Translations under genes and position numbers: made by a program
The notes under the pieces: model-generated
What the model was told of the DNA's origin: nothing
Database searches by the model: none
What the model saw: only the letters and a program-made list of their open reading frames with translations
Assembly (NCBI RefSeq): GCF_001457615.1
Contig: NZ_LN831024.1
Coordinates: 3,810,001 to 3,842,000 of the forward strand
Direction: 5' to 3'
Length of the DNA stretch: 32,000 nucleotides
Origin: Pseudomonas aeruginosa
GTDB lineage: Bacteria > Pseudomonadota > Gammaproteobacteria > Pseudomonadales > Pseudomonadaceae
Shown: positions 12,422 through 21,381 of the stretch, piece by piece
Position numbering within the stretch: position 1 is the first letter of the stretch
How the letters are laid out: each line of letters begins with the position of its first letter

Positions 12422-12961
12422 ATGCAGTCCGAGACCCACCCTCAACCCTGGTACAAACACTTCTGGGCCTGGTTCATCGTGGCCCTCCTGGCGACCTCGG
12501 TGGTGCTCGGGCTGAGCCTGGTCACCATCGCGGTGCGCAACCAGGACACCCTGGTCACCGACAACTACTACGAGGCCGGCAAGGGCATCAACCGCTCCCT
12601 GGAACGCGAGAACCTGGCCGTACGCCTGCAGGTGCACGCCAAGGTCAAGGTCGACGACCTGACCGGCGAAGTCGAAGTGCGCCTGACCGGCAACAGCCGT
12701 CCGGATCGGCTCACCCTCAACCTGATCTCGCCGACCCAGCCGGAGAAGGACCGCCGCGTGGAGCTGCTGCGCAGCAACTCCGACCGCGAGCGCTACGTCG
12801 GGCAACTGACCGACGCCGTCGAGGGCCGTCGCTTCGTCGAACTGCTCGGCCAGGAAGGCAGCGGCCAGTGGCGTCTTTTCGAGGAAGAGGTGGTATCGCC
12901 GACCGTGGTCATGGAGCTGGGTGACGAACCGCTCCAGGGAGCAGAAGCGAAGCGCCCATGA
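12422..12961 (+). CDS. ccoH: FixH / CcoH-family membrane protein, 179 aa
   Basis: PWYKHFWAWFIVALLATSVVLGLSLVTIAVRNQDTLVTDNYYEAGKGINRSLER; overlaps ccoI. ATG at 12422 preferred over TTG at 12407. Confidence 0.8.
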   Translation: MQSETHPQPWYKHFWAWFIVALLATSVVLGLSLVTIAVRNQDTLVTDNYYEAGKGINRSLERENLAVRLQVHAKVKVDDLTGEVEVRLTGNSRPDRLTLNLISPTQPEKDRRVELLRSNSDRERYVGQLTDAVEGRRFVELLGQEGSGQWRLFEEEVVSPTVVMELGDEPLQGAEAKRP

Positions 12962-15393
12962 GCGCCCCCCTGCCCTGCTACCACTGCGGCTTGCCGGTCC
13001 CCGCCGGCAGCCGCTTCGAGGCCCGCGTACTCGGCGAGACGCGGGCCATGTGCTGTCCGGGCTGCCAGGCGGTGGCCGAGGCCATCGTCGCCGGCGGCCT
13101 GGAAAGCTACTACCGGCACCGCAGCGAAAACGCCGCCAATCCCGAAGCCTTGCCCAAGGCGCTCAGCGAAGAGTTGCAGCTCTACGACCGCCCGGACGTA
13201 CAGGGCGGCTTCGTCCGCCATGAGGGCGAGCTGGCGGAAACCAGCCTGATGATCGAAGGCATCAGTTGCGCCGCCTGCGGCTGGCTGATCGAGAAGCACC
13301 TGCGCCAGTTGCCTGGCGTGGCCGAGGCGCGGCTCAACCTGTCCAACCATCGCCTGCACGTGCGCTGGCAGGACAGCCAGTTGCCGCTCAGCCAGTTGCT
13401 TGGCGAACTGCGCCAGATCGGCTATGCCGGCCATCCCTACCAACCCGACCGCGCCACCGAGCGCCTGGCCATGGAGAACCGTCACGCCCTGCGCCAGCTC
13501 GGTGTCGCCGGGCTGCTGTGGATCCAGGTGATGATGGCGGTAATGGCGACCTGGCCGGAATTCAACCTCGACCTTTCCGCCGGCATGGACCGCATCCTGC
13601 GCTGGGTCAGCCTGATCCTCACCACGCCGATCGTCTTCTACTGCTGCGGCCAGTTCTTCCGTGGCGCCCTGCGCGACCTGCGCACCCGCCACCTGACCAT
13701 GGACGTCTCGGTGTCGCTGGCGATCGGCGGCGCCTACGTCGCCGGCATCTGGTCGACGATCACCGGCCAGGGCGAGCTGTATTTCGACGCGGTCGGCATG
13801 TTCGCCCTGTTCCTCCTCGCCGGCCGCTACCTCGAACGCCGCGCGCGGGAGCGCACCGCCGCCTCCACCGCGCAACTGGTCAACCTGCTGCCGGCGTCCT
13901 GCCTGCGCCTGGACGCCGCCAACCAGGGCGAGCGCATCCTGCTCAGCGAACTGCGCGTCGGCGACCGCGTACTGGTACCGCCAGGCGCCGTGCTGCCGGC
14001 CGACGGAGTGATCCTCGACGGCCAGTCCAGCGTCGACGAGTCGCTGCTCACCGGCGAGTACCTGCCCCATCCACGCCAGGCCGGCGACGCCGTCACCGGC
14101 GGTACCCTGAACGTCGAGGGGCCGCTGACCGTCGAGGTCGGCGCCCTTGGCGACGACAGCCGCCTGTCGGCCATCGTCCGCCTGCTGGAACGCGCCCAGG
14201 CGGACAAGCCGCGCCTGGCGGAACTGGCCGACAAGGTGGCGCAGTGGTTCCTGCTCATCGTCCTGCTGGTCGCCGCAGCGGTCGGCGCGCTGTGGTGGCA
14301 GGTCGACCACCAGCGCGCCTTCTGGGTGGTGCTGTCGCTGCTGGTCGCCACCTGCCCCTGCGCCCTGTCGCTGGCCACGCCCACCGCTCTCACCGCGGCC
14401 ACCGGCAGCCTGCACAAGCTCGGCCTGCTGATCACGCGCGGGCACGTGCTGGAAGGGCTGAACCACATCGACACGGTAATCTTCGACAAGACCGGCACCC
14501 TCACCGAAGGCCGCCTGACGCTCAAGCAGGTGCTACCCCTGCGCGATCTCGACGCGGATCGCTGCCTGGCCCTCGCCGCCGCCCTCGAGAACCGTTCCGA
14601 ACACCCCATCGCCCGCGCCTTCGGCCGTGCGCCGGAGGCCGCCGACAGCGTCGCAAGCCATCCGGGACTGGGCCTCGAAGGCCTGGTGGAAGGCCGCCGC
14701 CTGCGCATCGGCCAGGCCGCCTTCGTCAGCTACCTGGGCGGCAGCGCCACGCCCGCGATGCCCGGCAACTCCGGACAGTGGCTGCTGCTCGGCGACGAGC
14801 AGGGACCGCTGGCCTGGTTCGGTCTCGACGACCGCCTGCGCAGCGACGCCCCCGCCCTGCTCGCCGCCTGCAAGGCGCGCGGCTGGCGCACCCTCCTGCT
14901 ATCCGGTGACGCCTCGCCGATGGTCGCCAGCGTCGCTGCCGAACTGGGCATCGACGAAGCCCGCGGCGGCCTGACCCCGGACGACAAGCTGGCCATGCTC
15001 GAACGCCTGCACGGCGAGGGCCGCCGGGTGCTGATGCTCGGCGACGGAGTCAACGACGTACCGGTGCTCGCCGGTGCCGACATCAGCGTCGCCATGGGCA
15101 GCGCCACCGACCTGGCCAAGACCAGCGCCGACGCGGTGCTCCTGTCCAACCGCCTGGACAGCCTGGTGCAGGCTTTCCGGCTGGCGCGCCGCACCCGCCA
15201 TATCATCATCGAGAACCTGGCCTGGGCCAGCCTGTACAATGGCCTGGTCCTGCCCTTCGCCGCGCTCGGCTGGATCACCCCGGGCTGGGCGGCGATCGGC
15301 ATGTCGGTCAGTTCGCTGCTGGTGGTGGTCAACGCCCTGCGGCTGACCCGAATCCCTTCGCCGAGGTCCGTATGGCCGCGCTCTACATCCTGA
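12958..15393 (+). CDS. ccoI: Cu-translocating P-type ATPase CcoI / FixI, 811 aa
   Basis: N-terminal Cys-rich CYHCGLPV...CCPGCQAVAE; HMA ISCAACGWLIEKHL; CPC (ATCPCALSLA); DKTGTLT; GDGVNDVPVLAGADISVAM. Confidence 0.93.
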   Translation: MSAPLPCYHCGLPVPAGSRFEARVLGETRAMCCPGCQAVAEAIVAGGLESYYRHRSENAANPEALPKALSEELQLYDRPDVQGGFVRHEGELAETSLMIEGISCAACGWLIEKHLRQLPGVAEARLNLSNHRLHVRWQDSQLPLSQLLGELRQIGYAGHPYQPDRATERLAMENRHALRQLGVAGLLWIQVMMAVMATWPEFNLDLSAGMDRILRWVSLILTTPIVFYCCGQFFRGALRDLRTRHLTMDVSVSLAIGGAYVAGIWSTITGQGELYFDAVGMFALFLLAGRYLERRARERTAASTAQLVNLLPASCLRLDAANQGERILLSELRVGDRVLVPPGAVLPADGVILDGQSSVDESLLTGEYLPHPRQAGDAVTGGTLNVEGPLTVEVGALGDDSRLSAIVRLLERAQADKPRLAELADKVAQWFLLIVLLVAAAVGALWWQVDHQRAFWVVLSLLVATCPCALSLATPTALTAATGSLHKLGLLITRGHVLEGLNHIDTVIFDKTGTLTEGRLTLKQVLPLRDLDADRCLALAAALENRSEHPIARAFGRAPEAADSVASHPGLGLEGLVEGRRLRIGQAAFVSYLGGSATPAMPGNSGQWLLLGDEQGPLAWFGLDDRLRSDAPALLAACKARGWRTLLLSGDASPMVASVAAELGIDEARGGLTPDDKLAMLERLHGEGRRVLMLGDGVNDVPVLAGADISVAMGSATDLAKTSADAVLLSNRLDSLVQAFRLARRTRHIIIENLAWASLYNGLVLPFAALGWITPGWAAIGMSVSSLLVVVNALRLTRIPSPRSVWPRSTS

Positions 15394-15581
15394 TCCCCGT
15401 CGCGATCGTCATCGTCGCCATCGCCATCTACGTGTTCTTCTGGGCGGTGGACAGCGGCCAGTACGACGATCTCGACGGCCCCGCCCACAGCATTCTCTTC
15501 GACGACGAAGACCCGAAGCACCAGGCCGGCGTCGACGAAGCGGAGAAGCCGTCGAAACCCGAGGACCGACCGCGTGGCTGA
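15372..15581 (+). CDS. ccoS: cbb3 oxidase maturation protein CcoS, 69 aa
   Basis: MAALYILIPVAIVIVAIAIYVFFWAVDSGQYDDLDGPAHSILFDD is the CcoS signature; overlaps the ccoI 3' end. Confidence 0.92.
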   Translation: MAALYILIPVAIVIVAIAIYVFFWAVDSGQYDDLDGPAHSILFDDEDPKHQAGVDEAEKPSKPEDRPRG

Positions 15582-16257
15582 ACTGGCGCCGTTGCTGGTT
15601 TCCGCGCTGATCCTCGGCCTGCTCGGGGGAGGCCACTGCCTGGGCATGTGCGGCGGCCTGATGGGCGCGCTGACCCTGGCCATTCCCGCCGAACAGCGCG
15701 GCCGTCGTCTGCGCCTGCTGCTGGCCTACAACCTCGGCCGCATCCTCAGCTACGCCTGCGCCGGCCTGCTGCTCGGCCTGGCCGGCTGGGCGGTGGCGCG
15801 CACCCCGTTGGCCGGCGCGCTGCGGGTGGTCGCCGGGCTGCTGCTGATCGCCATGGGACTCTACCTGGCCGGCTGGTGGAGCGGCCTGACCCGCGTCGAG
15901 GCGCTCGGTCGCGGTCTCTGGCGCCACCTGGAACCCTTCGCCCGGCGCCTGCTGCCGGTCTCCAGCCTGCCACGAGCCCTGCTGCTCGGAGCGATCTGGG
16001 GCTGGCTGCCCTGCGGGCTGGTCTACAGCACCCTGCTCTGGGCCACCAGCCAGGGATCGGCACTGGACAGCGCGCTGCTGATGCTGGCGTTCGGCCTCGG
16101 CACCTGGCCGGTTCTGCTGGCCACCGGCATGGCCGCCGAACGGGTGACCGCCCTGCTGCGCCGTCGCGGCGTACGCATCGTGGGCGGCCTGATGGTCATC
16201 CTCTTCGGCCTCTGGACCCTCCCAGGACCGCACCAGGCCTGGCTGATGGGGCATTGA
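15574..16257 (+). CDS. Sulfite exporter TauE/SafE-like (DsbD-TM-like) membrane protein, 227 aa
   Basis: GGGHCLGMCGGLMGALTLA and ANLGRILSYACAGLLLG-like repeats; overlaps ccoS. This family is often encoded with cbb3 assembly genes. Confidence 0.78.
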   Translation: MAELAPLLVSALILGLLGGGHCLGMCGGLMGALTLAIPAEQRGRRLRLLLAYNLGRILSYACAGLLLGLAGWAVARTPLAGALRVVAGLLLIAMGLYLAGWWSGLTRVEALGRGLWRHLEPFARRLLPVSSLPRALLLGAIWGWLPCGLVYSTLLWATSQGSALDSALLMLAFGLGTWPVLLATGMAAERVTALLRRRGVRIVGGLMVILFGLWTLPGPHQAWLMGH

Positions 16258-16307
16258 CGGACGCCCGTCCCAACATCGGGCGACACATCCTGTATACATT
16301 CACCCGC

Positions 16308-16321
16308 TTGATACAAATCAA
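16308..16321. promoter_or_regulatory. FNR/ANR box upstream of hemN
   Basis: Perfect TTGAT-ACAA-ATCAA palindrome 63 bp before the hemN ATG. Confidence 0.9.
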
Positions 16322-16384
16322 CAGGCCTTCCCGGAGCAATCCCTAGACTTCCCGACTAAAGCTCGCCAACTGGGGATCTCTGGC

Positions 16385-17767
16385 ATGCTCGACACCATTC
16401 GCTGGGACGCTGACCTGATTCGGCGCTACGACCTTTCCGGCCCGCGTTACACCTCCTATCCGACCGCCGTGCAGTTCCACGAAGGCATCGGCCCGTTCGA
16501 CCAGTTGCACGCCCTGCGCGACAGCCGGAAGGCCGGACACCCCCTGTCGCTCTACGTGCACATCCCGTTCTGCGCCAACATCTGCTACTACTGCGCCTGC
16601 AACAAGGTGATCACCAAGGATCGCGGGCGCAGCGCGCCGTACCTTGCGCGCCTGGTCCGCGAGATCGAGATCGTCAGCCGCCACCTCTCCCGCGAGCAGG
16701 TGGTCGAGCAACTGCACTTCGGTGGCGGAACCCCGACCTTCCTCAGTCCCGGCCAGTTGCGCGAACTCATGTCGCAATTGCGCACCCACCTCAACCTGCT
16801 GGACGACGATTCGGGCGACTACGGCATCGAGATCGACCCGCGCGAGGCCGACTGGTCGACCATGGGCCTGCTCCGCGAACTCGGTTTCAACCGCGTCAGC
16901 CTCGGCGTACAGGACTTCGACATGGAGGTGCAGAAGGCGGTCAACCGCATGCAGACCCCGGAGGAGACCCGTACCATCGTCGAGGCCGCGCGCACCCTGC
17001 AGTACCGCTCGATCAACCTCGACCTGATCTACGGACTGCCGAAACAGACGCCGGACAGCTTCGCCCGCACGGTCGACGAAGTGATCGCGCTACAGCCGGA
17101 TCGCCTCTCGGTGTTCAACTATGCCCACCTGCCCGAGCGTTTCATGCCGCAGCGGCGGATCAACGCCGACGACCTGCCGAGCCCGGGCCAGAAGCTGGAA
17201 ATGCTCCAGCGCACCACCGAGCAGCTCGCCGCGGCGGGCTACCGCTATATCGGCATGGACCACTTCGCCCTGCCCGACGACGAGCTGGCCAGCGCCCAGG
17301 AAGACGGCACCCTGCAACGCAATTTCCAGGGCTACACCACGCACGGGCACTGTGACCTGGTAGGTCTCGGGGTCTCGGCGATCAGCCAGATCGGCGACCT
17401 CTACAGCCAGAACAGCAGCGACATCAACGACTACCAGACCAGCCTCGACAACGGCCAGTTGGCGATCCGTCGCGGCCTGCACTGCAACAGCGACGACCGG
17501 GTGCGGCGCGCGGTGATCCAGCAACTGATCTGCCACTTCGAACTGGCCTTCGAGGATATCGAGACAGAGTTCGGCATCGACTTCCGCAGTTACTTCGCCG
17601 AGCTGTTGCCCGATCTCGAACGCTTCGCCGCCGACGGCCTGATCCGCCTGGACGCCAAGGGCATCGACATCACGTCTTCCGGACGTCTGCTGGTGCGTTC
17701 GATCTGCATGCTGTTCGACCGCTACCTGCCCAGCCTCAACCGGCAGCGCTTCTCCCGGGTGATCTGA
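16385..17767 (+). CDS. hemN: Oxygen-independent coproporphyrinogen III oxidase (radical SAM), 460 aa
   Basis: CANICYYCACNKVITKDRGR radical SAM cluster; HFGGGTPTFL; GIEIDPREADW; GLGVSAISQIGDLYSQN. Confidence 0.95.
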   Translation: MLDTIRWDADLIRRYDLSGPRYTSYPTAVQFHEGIGPFDQLHALRDSRKAGHPLSLYVHIPFCANICYYCACNKVITKDRGRSAPYLARLVREIEIVSRHLSREQVVEQLHFGGGTPTFLSPGQLRELMSQLRTHLNLLDDDSGDYGIEIDPREADWSTMGLLRELGFNRVSLGVQDFDMEVQKAVNRMQTPEETRTIVEAARTLQYRSINLDLIYGLPKQTPDSFARTVDEVIALQPDRLSVFNYAHLPERFMPQRRINADDLPSPGQKLEMLQRTTEQLAAAGYRYIGMDHFALPDDELASAQEDGTLQRNFQGYTTHGHCDLVGLGVSAISQIGDLYSQNSSDINDYQTSLDNGQLAIRRGLHCNSDDRVRRAVIQQLICHFELAFEDIETEFGIDFRSYFAELLPDLERFAADGLIRLDAKGIDITSSGRLLVRSICMLFDRYLPSLNRQRFSRVI

Positions 17768-17772
17768 AAGCG

Positions 17773-17801
17773 CACCGCCCTGCCCGCACGACAGGGCGGT
17801 G
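17773..17801. terminator. Candidate bidirectional hairpin between convergent hemN and the 17816-18283 gene
   Basis: CACCGCCCTG-N9-CAGGGCGGTG perfect 10-bp stem, 5 bp after the hemN stop. Confidence 0.6.
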
Positions 17802-17815
17802 AATCCCCGCCCCTT

Positions 17816-18283
17816 CTACCGGCTGCCCATGACCTTCATGATCAGCGCCGGGTCGCTGATACCCATCTCCTTGATGGCCGATGCCATCGCTGCCGTCGCC
17901 GTCTGCAGGGCGGAGTTGAGTTGTTGCAGCTCCTTCTGCAACTCAGGCACGCGAGCCTCCTTCGCCCCCGGATCGGACGACCTCATGGCCTCCTGCAGCT
18001 CCCTGAGCTTCTCTTCGATCTTCTTCTTCAACTGGCGGATCATCTTCACCATCGGCCGCAACTCCTGCGGGATATCCTCGTCCTCCTCCTCCACCGGCAC
18101 CCCCATGGTGGCGGCCAGCTCGCGCCCTGCCTGGGAAAGCCGTACATGCTGATCGGCGGCGTCGGTGCCGGCGGCCGGGTCTTCCGCCTGCTCGGCGGTG
18201 CCGGTCCGCGCGGCCTTGGCGTCCGCGGCGGCGCGCGACGAGGGTGGCACCTGGGTGGTGATCCAGCCACTGAGGGTCAACAT
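17816..18283 (-). CDS. Uncharacterised small coiled-coil-rich protein, 155 aa
   Basis: ORF from internal ATG (MLTLSGW...). Charged helical region MVKMIRQLKKKIEEKLRELQEAMRSSDPGAKEARVPELQKELQQLNSALQTATAAMASA. Confidence 0.65.
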   Translation of the reverse strand: MLTLSGWITTQVPPSSRAAADAKAARTGTAEQAEDPAAGTDAADQHVRLSQAGRELAATMGVPVEEEDEDIPQELRPMVKMIRQLKKKIEEKLRELQEAMRSSDPGAKEARVPELQKELQQLNSALQTATAAMASAIKEMGISDPALIMKVMGSR

Positions 18284-18528
18284 TCCAGTCACTCCGGGAA
18301 AAATGGAATTCTTCCATTGGATCGGCCCACGCGTCGCGAACTTGAGCCCCCTTTTCGTCGCCCCTTGACAGGGTGCGACAGGTAGTCGCAGTTGTTTGAC
18401 GCAAGTCACTGATTGGAAACGCCATCGGCCTGTCAGAAATGGTCGTTGCCAGACCTATGGCTGGCACCCGCATCGCGGCTGCGTTACCCTTACTCCTGTT
18501 GTGCCTTTAACCTAGCAAGGACCCCTCA

Positions 18529-19263
18529 ATGGCCGAAACCATCAAGGTGCGCGCACTGCCCCAAGCACACTGCAAGGATTGCAGTCTGGCCCCGCTGTGC
18601 CTCCCCCTGTCGCTGACCGTGGAAGACATGGATTCGCTGGACGAGATCGTCAAGCGCGGTCGTCCCCTGAAGAAAGGCGAATTCCTGTTCCGCCAGGGCG
18701 ATCCTTTCGGCTCGGTCTTTGCCGTGCGCTCCGGCGCCCTGAAAACCTTCAGCATCACCGATGCCGGCGAAGAGCAGATCACCGGCTTCCACCTGCCCAG
18801 CGAGCTGGTCGGCCTGTCCGGGATGGATACCGAGACCTATCCGGTATCCGCCCAGGCCCTGGAAACCACCTCGGTCTGCGAGATTCCCTTCGAGCGCCTG
18901 GACGAACTGTCCGAGCAGCTGCCGCAACTGCGCCGCCAACTGATGCGCCTGATGAGCCGGGAAATCCGCGATGACCAGCAGATGATGCTGCTGCTGTCGA
19001 AGAAGACTGCCGACGAGCGCATCGCCACCTTCCTGGTCAACCTGTCGGCGCGCTTCCGTGCCCGTGGCTTCTCCGCCCAGCAGTTCCGCCTGGCCATGTC
19101 GCGCAACGAGATCGGCAACTATCTCGGCCTGGCCGTGGAAACCGTGTCGCGGGTCTTCACCCGCTTCCAGCAGAACGGCCTGATCAGCGCGGAAGGCAAG
19201 GAAGTGCACATCCTCGACTCCATCGAGCTGTGCGCCCTCGCCGGCGGCCAGCTGGAAGGCTGA
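18529..19263 (+). CDS. anr: FNR/CRP-family oxygen-sensing transcriptional regulator ANR, 244 aa
   Basis: N-terminal Fe-S cysteines [14 protein letters not shown]; cyclic-nucleotide-fold [19 protein letters not shown]; [28 protein letters not shown]. Confidence 0.95.
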   Translation: MAETIKVRALPQAHCKDCSLAPLCLPLSLTVEDMDSLDEIVKRGRPLKKGEFLFRQGDPFGSVFAVRSGALKTFSITDAGEEQITGFHLPSELVGLSGMDTETYPVSAQALETTSVCEIPFERLDELSEQLPQLRRQLMRLMSREIRDDQQMMLLLSKKTADERIATFLVNLSARFRARGFSAQQFRLAMSRNEIGNYLGLAVETVSRVFTRFQQNGLISAEGKEVHILDSIELCALAGGQLEG

Positions 19264-19279
19264 AGCGCCTGCGAACCGC

Positions 19280-19309
19280 CAACGGGCCCGCCTCAGCGCG
19301 GGCCCGTTG
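19280..19309 (+). terminator. Strong hairpin in the anr-apt intergenic region
   Basis: CAACGGGCCCGC-CTCAGC-GCGGGCCCGTTG: perfect 12-bp stem; no T-tract follows. Confidence 0.5.
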
Positions 19310-19348
19310 TATGATGGGCCCCGAAAAACGCCCAGCCCAGGATCTTCC

Positions 19349-19897
19349 ATGATTTTCGACGAGTTCACCCTCAAGTCGCAGATCCGCGCCGTGCCGGACT
19401 TTCCCAAGCCCGGCGTGGTGTTCCGCGACATCACCCCGCTGTTCCAGTCGCCACGCGCGCTGCGCATGACCGTGGACAGCTTCGTCCAGCGCTACATCGA
19501 GGCCGATTTCAGCCACATCGGCGCCATGGATGCCCGCGGCTTCCTCATCGGCTCGGCGGTGGCCTATGCGCTGAACAAGCCGCTGGTCCTGTTCCGCAAG
19601 CAGGGCAAGCTACCCGCCGACGTACTCGCCGAGGGCTACCAGACCGAATACGGCGAGGCCTTCCTCGAAGTACATGCCGACAGCCTCTGCGAAGGCGACA
19701 GCGTACTGATCTTCGACGACCTCATCGCCACCGGCGGGACCCTGCTGGCGGCCGCGAGCCTGGTACGACGCCTCGGGGCCAGGGTCTTCGAGGCCGCGGC
19801 GATCATCGACCTGCCGGAACTCGGCGGCTCCACTCGCCTGCAGGACGCCGGCATCTCCACCTTCAGTCTCACCGCGTTCGCTCTCGACGAGCGTTGA
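19349..19897 (+). CDS. apt: Adenine phosphoribosyltransferase, 182 aa
   Basis: [26 protein letters not shown]-type N-terminus and PRPP motif [15 protein letters not shown]. Confidence 0.95.
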   Translation: MIFDEFTLKSQIRAVPDFPKPGVVFRDITPLFQSPRALRMTVDSFVQRYIEADFSHIGAMDARGFLIGSAVAYALNKPLVLFRKQGKLPADVLAEGYQTEYGEAFLEVHADSLCEGDSVLIFDDLIATGGTLLAAASLVRRLGARVFEAAAIIDLPELGGSTRLQDAGISTFSLTAFALDER

Positions 19898-20136
19898 TAC
19901 GCCGGGGGGCGCCCTGGCGCCCCGCGCTCGCTCCTTGCGCCCCATCTTCCGTCTGGTCGAGCCGACCTGGCCATTAATGACTTCGAAATGGCCAGGAATG
20001 ACCTCCCGCTGTTGGACAATCCTGCAATAATTACATCAGCTAATGACACATTCAGAGGTGTTATAGCGAACTCGCCATAGGGAACCCGAGGAAACCTGTG
20101 CGTTTCCCCTCCCCAGAACAACAAAAGGAGTTAGCC

Positions 20137-20973
20137 ATGACTGCCACTGGCACCGCCTCCCCGGTTCGCGCCAATTTCCCCGTGCGGCGGATGGATTTCA
20201 GCTTCAGCGAAACCCCGAAGTACTGGTGGGACGGCCAACCCTTCATGACCCAGTTCATGAACAACCTGTCTTCGCTTTTCCCCTACGGCGAAAAATTCTT
20301 CGTCGATAGCGTGCGCGCGGTGCGCGACCGCTTGGAGGATCCGCAACTGAAGAAGGACGTCAGCGCCTTCATCGGCCAGGAGGCGATGCACTCGAAGGAG
20401 CATGCCGCCTACAACGAATATGCCGAGGAGCACGGGGTCGACCTGGAGTGCCTCGAACTGCGGATCAAGGTCCTGCTGGAAAACGTCAGCAAGGTCACCA
20501 CCAGGAAACACCAGTTGGCGATCACCTGCGCCCTCGAGCATTTCACCGCGACCATGGCCGCGCAGCTGCTCAAGCGCGAAGACCTGACCATCCAGATGCA
20601 GTCGCCGAAGATGTACAAGCTGTGGATGTGGCATGCCATCGAGGAGAACGAACACAAGAATGTCGCCTACGATGTGTACCAGAAAGTCTACGGCGGCTAC
20701 TTCACCCGGGTTCTGGTGATGATGCTGACCACCCTGATGTTCTTCGGCGTCATCGGCTGGTTCCAGCTCGACCTGCTACGCAAGGACGGCCAATTGTTCA
20801 ACTGGCGCTCCTGGAAGCATGGCCTGGGCACCCTGTTCGGCCTGCGCAAGGGCTTCTTCACCCGCCTGCTGCTGCCCTACCTGGACTACTACCGGCCGGG
20901 CTTCCACCCCAGCGACCACGACACCGCGAAACTGGAGAAATACTGGAAGGACAAACTGGCCTTCGCCGATTGA
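20137..20973 (+). CDS. Predicted metal-dependent hydrolase, PF10118-like, 278 aa
   Basis: FIGQEAMHSKEHAAYNEY, CALEHFTATMA, WMWHAIEENEHKNVAYDVY: repeated E/H motifs of a di-metal helical enzyme. RBS AAAAGGAG upstream of the ATG. Confidence 0.75.
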   Translation: MTATGTASPVRANFPVRRMDFSFSETPKYWWDGQPFMTQFMNNLSSLFPYGEKFFVDSVRAVRDRLEDPQLKKDVSAFIGQEAMHSKEHAAYNEYAEEHGVDLECLELRIKVLLENVSKVTTRKHQLAITCALEHFTATMAAQLLKREDLTIQMQSPKMYKLWMWHAIEENEHKNVAYDVYQKVYGGYFTRVLVMMLTTLMFFGVIGWFQLDLLRKDGQLFNWRSWKHGLGTLFGLRKGFFTRLLLPYLDYYRPGFHPSDHDTAKLEKYWKDKLAFAD

Positions 20974-21005
20974 AGCCCGCCTCCGCCAGTGCCGCTCCGC
21001 CCCCG

Positions 21006-21034
21006 ACGCCAGGCCCCGCCTGGCGTTTCTTATT
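21006..21034 (+). terminator. Rho-independent terminator of the PF10118-like gene
   Basis: ACGCCAGGC-CCC-GCCTGGCGT followed by TTCTTATT. Confidence 0.8.
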
Positions 21035-21166
21035 CGAGAGAAGAACAGGATATTGCACACGGAAAAGCCTCCGTTTCGACTAGCGTTCCTGAATCCGCCA
21101 TTTTACGGAGGAAATAATTAGTCAATTCCTATCGATTGGCTTTTTACGATGCCCTGAGGTAATATA

Positions 21167-21253
21167 ATGTTCATTATGTTGAACACCAAGGCATTACCTC
21201 TCCCCACTTCCCGTCTGGTCTCCCGCGAGCGTCACTGGACCGGCGACCTCTAG
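21167..21253 (+). CDS. Putative 28-aa leader peptide / upstream ORF of the SMR pair ([28 protein letters not shown])
   Basis: GAGGT SD at 21156-21160 with 6-nt spacer to ATG at 21167; in-frame stop TAG 21251-21253. Not in the supplied ORF track (too short). Confidence 0.4.
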   Translation: MFIMLNTKALPLPTSRLVSRERHWTGDL

Positions 21254-21381
21254 CTCCCTCCCTCGACACCTGCTGTCGGTGGCGACCGCCCCTGCGCTTC
21301 GCGGTCTTTCCCGCCCCTCGCCACCGCTCTTCGTCATCTTTGGCCGCGGCCTCCATTCCGCGGTGCCCATGGGAGGGCAAC

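Noticed and set aside
12793-14466. 557-aa minus-strand ORF opposite ccoI, and similar long antisense or out-of-frame ORFs (326-1654, 3938-5626, 11208-12368, 13266-14909, 23563-25356 upstream part, 24397-25431, 27958-28938)
   Set aside because: All are shadow frames of confidently assigned genes, with low-complexity Arg/Pro/Ala or Gly/His/Asp-rich translations.
21117-21167. Earlier leader ORF starting at ATT after GGAGG (21107-21111) and overlapping the uORF start as TAATG
   Set aside because: The SD spacing and overlap are attractive, but ATT initiation is very rare and there is no other support.
21186-21381. Known guanidine riboswitch class (ykkC or mini-ykkC) before the SMR pair
   Set aside because: I could not find the paired ACGR-loop hairpins or the ykkC core by eye. 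A covariance-model search is still needed for a firm negative.
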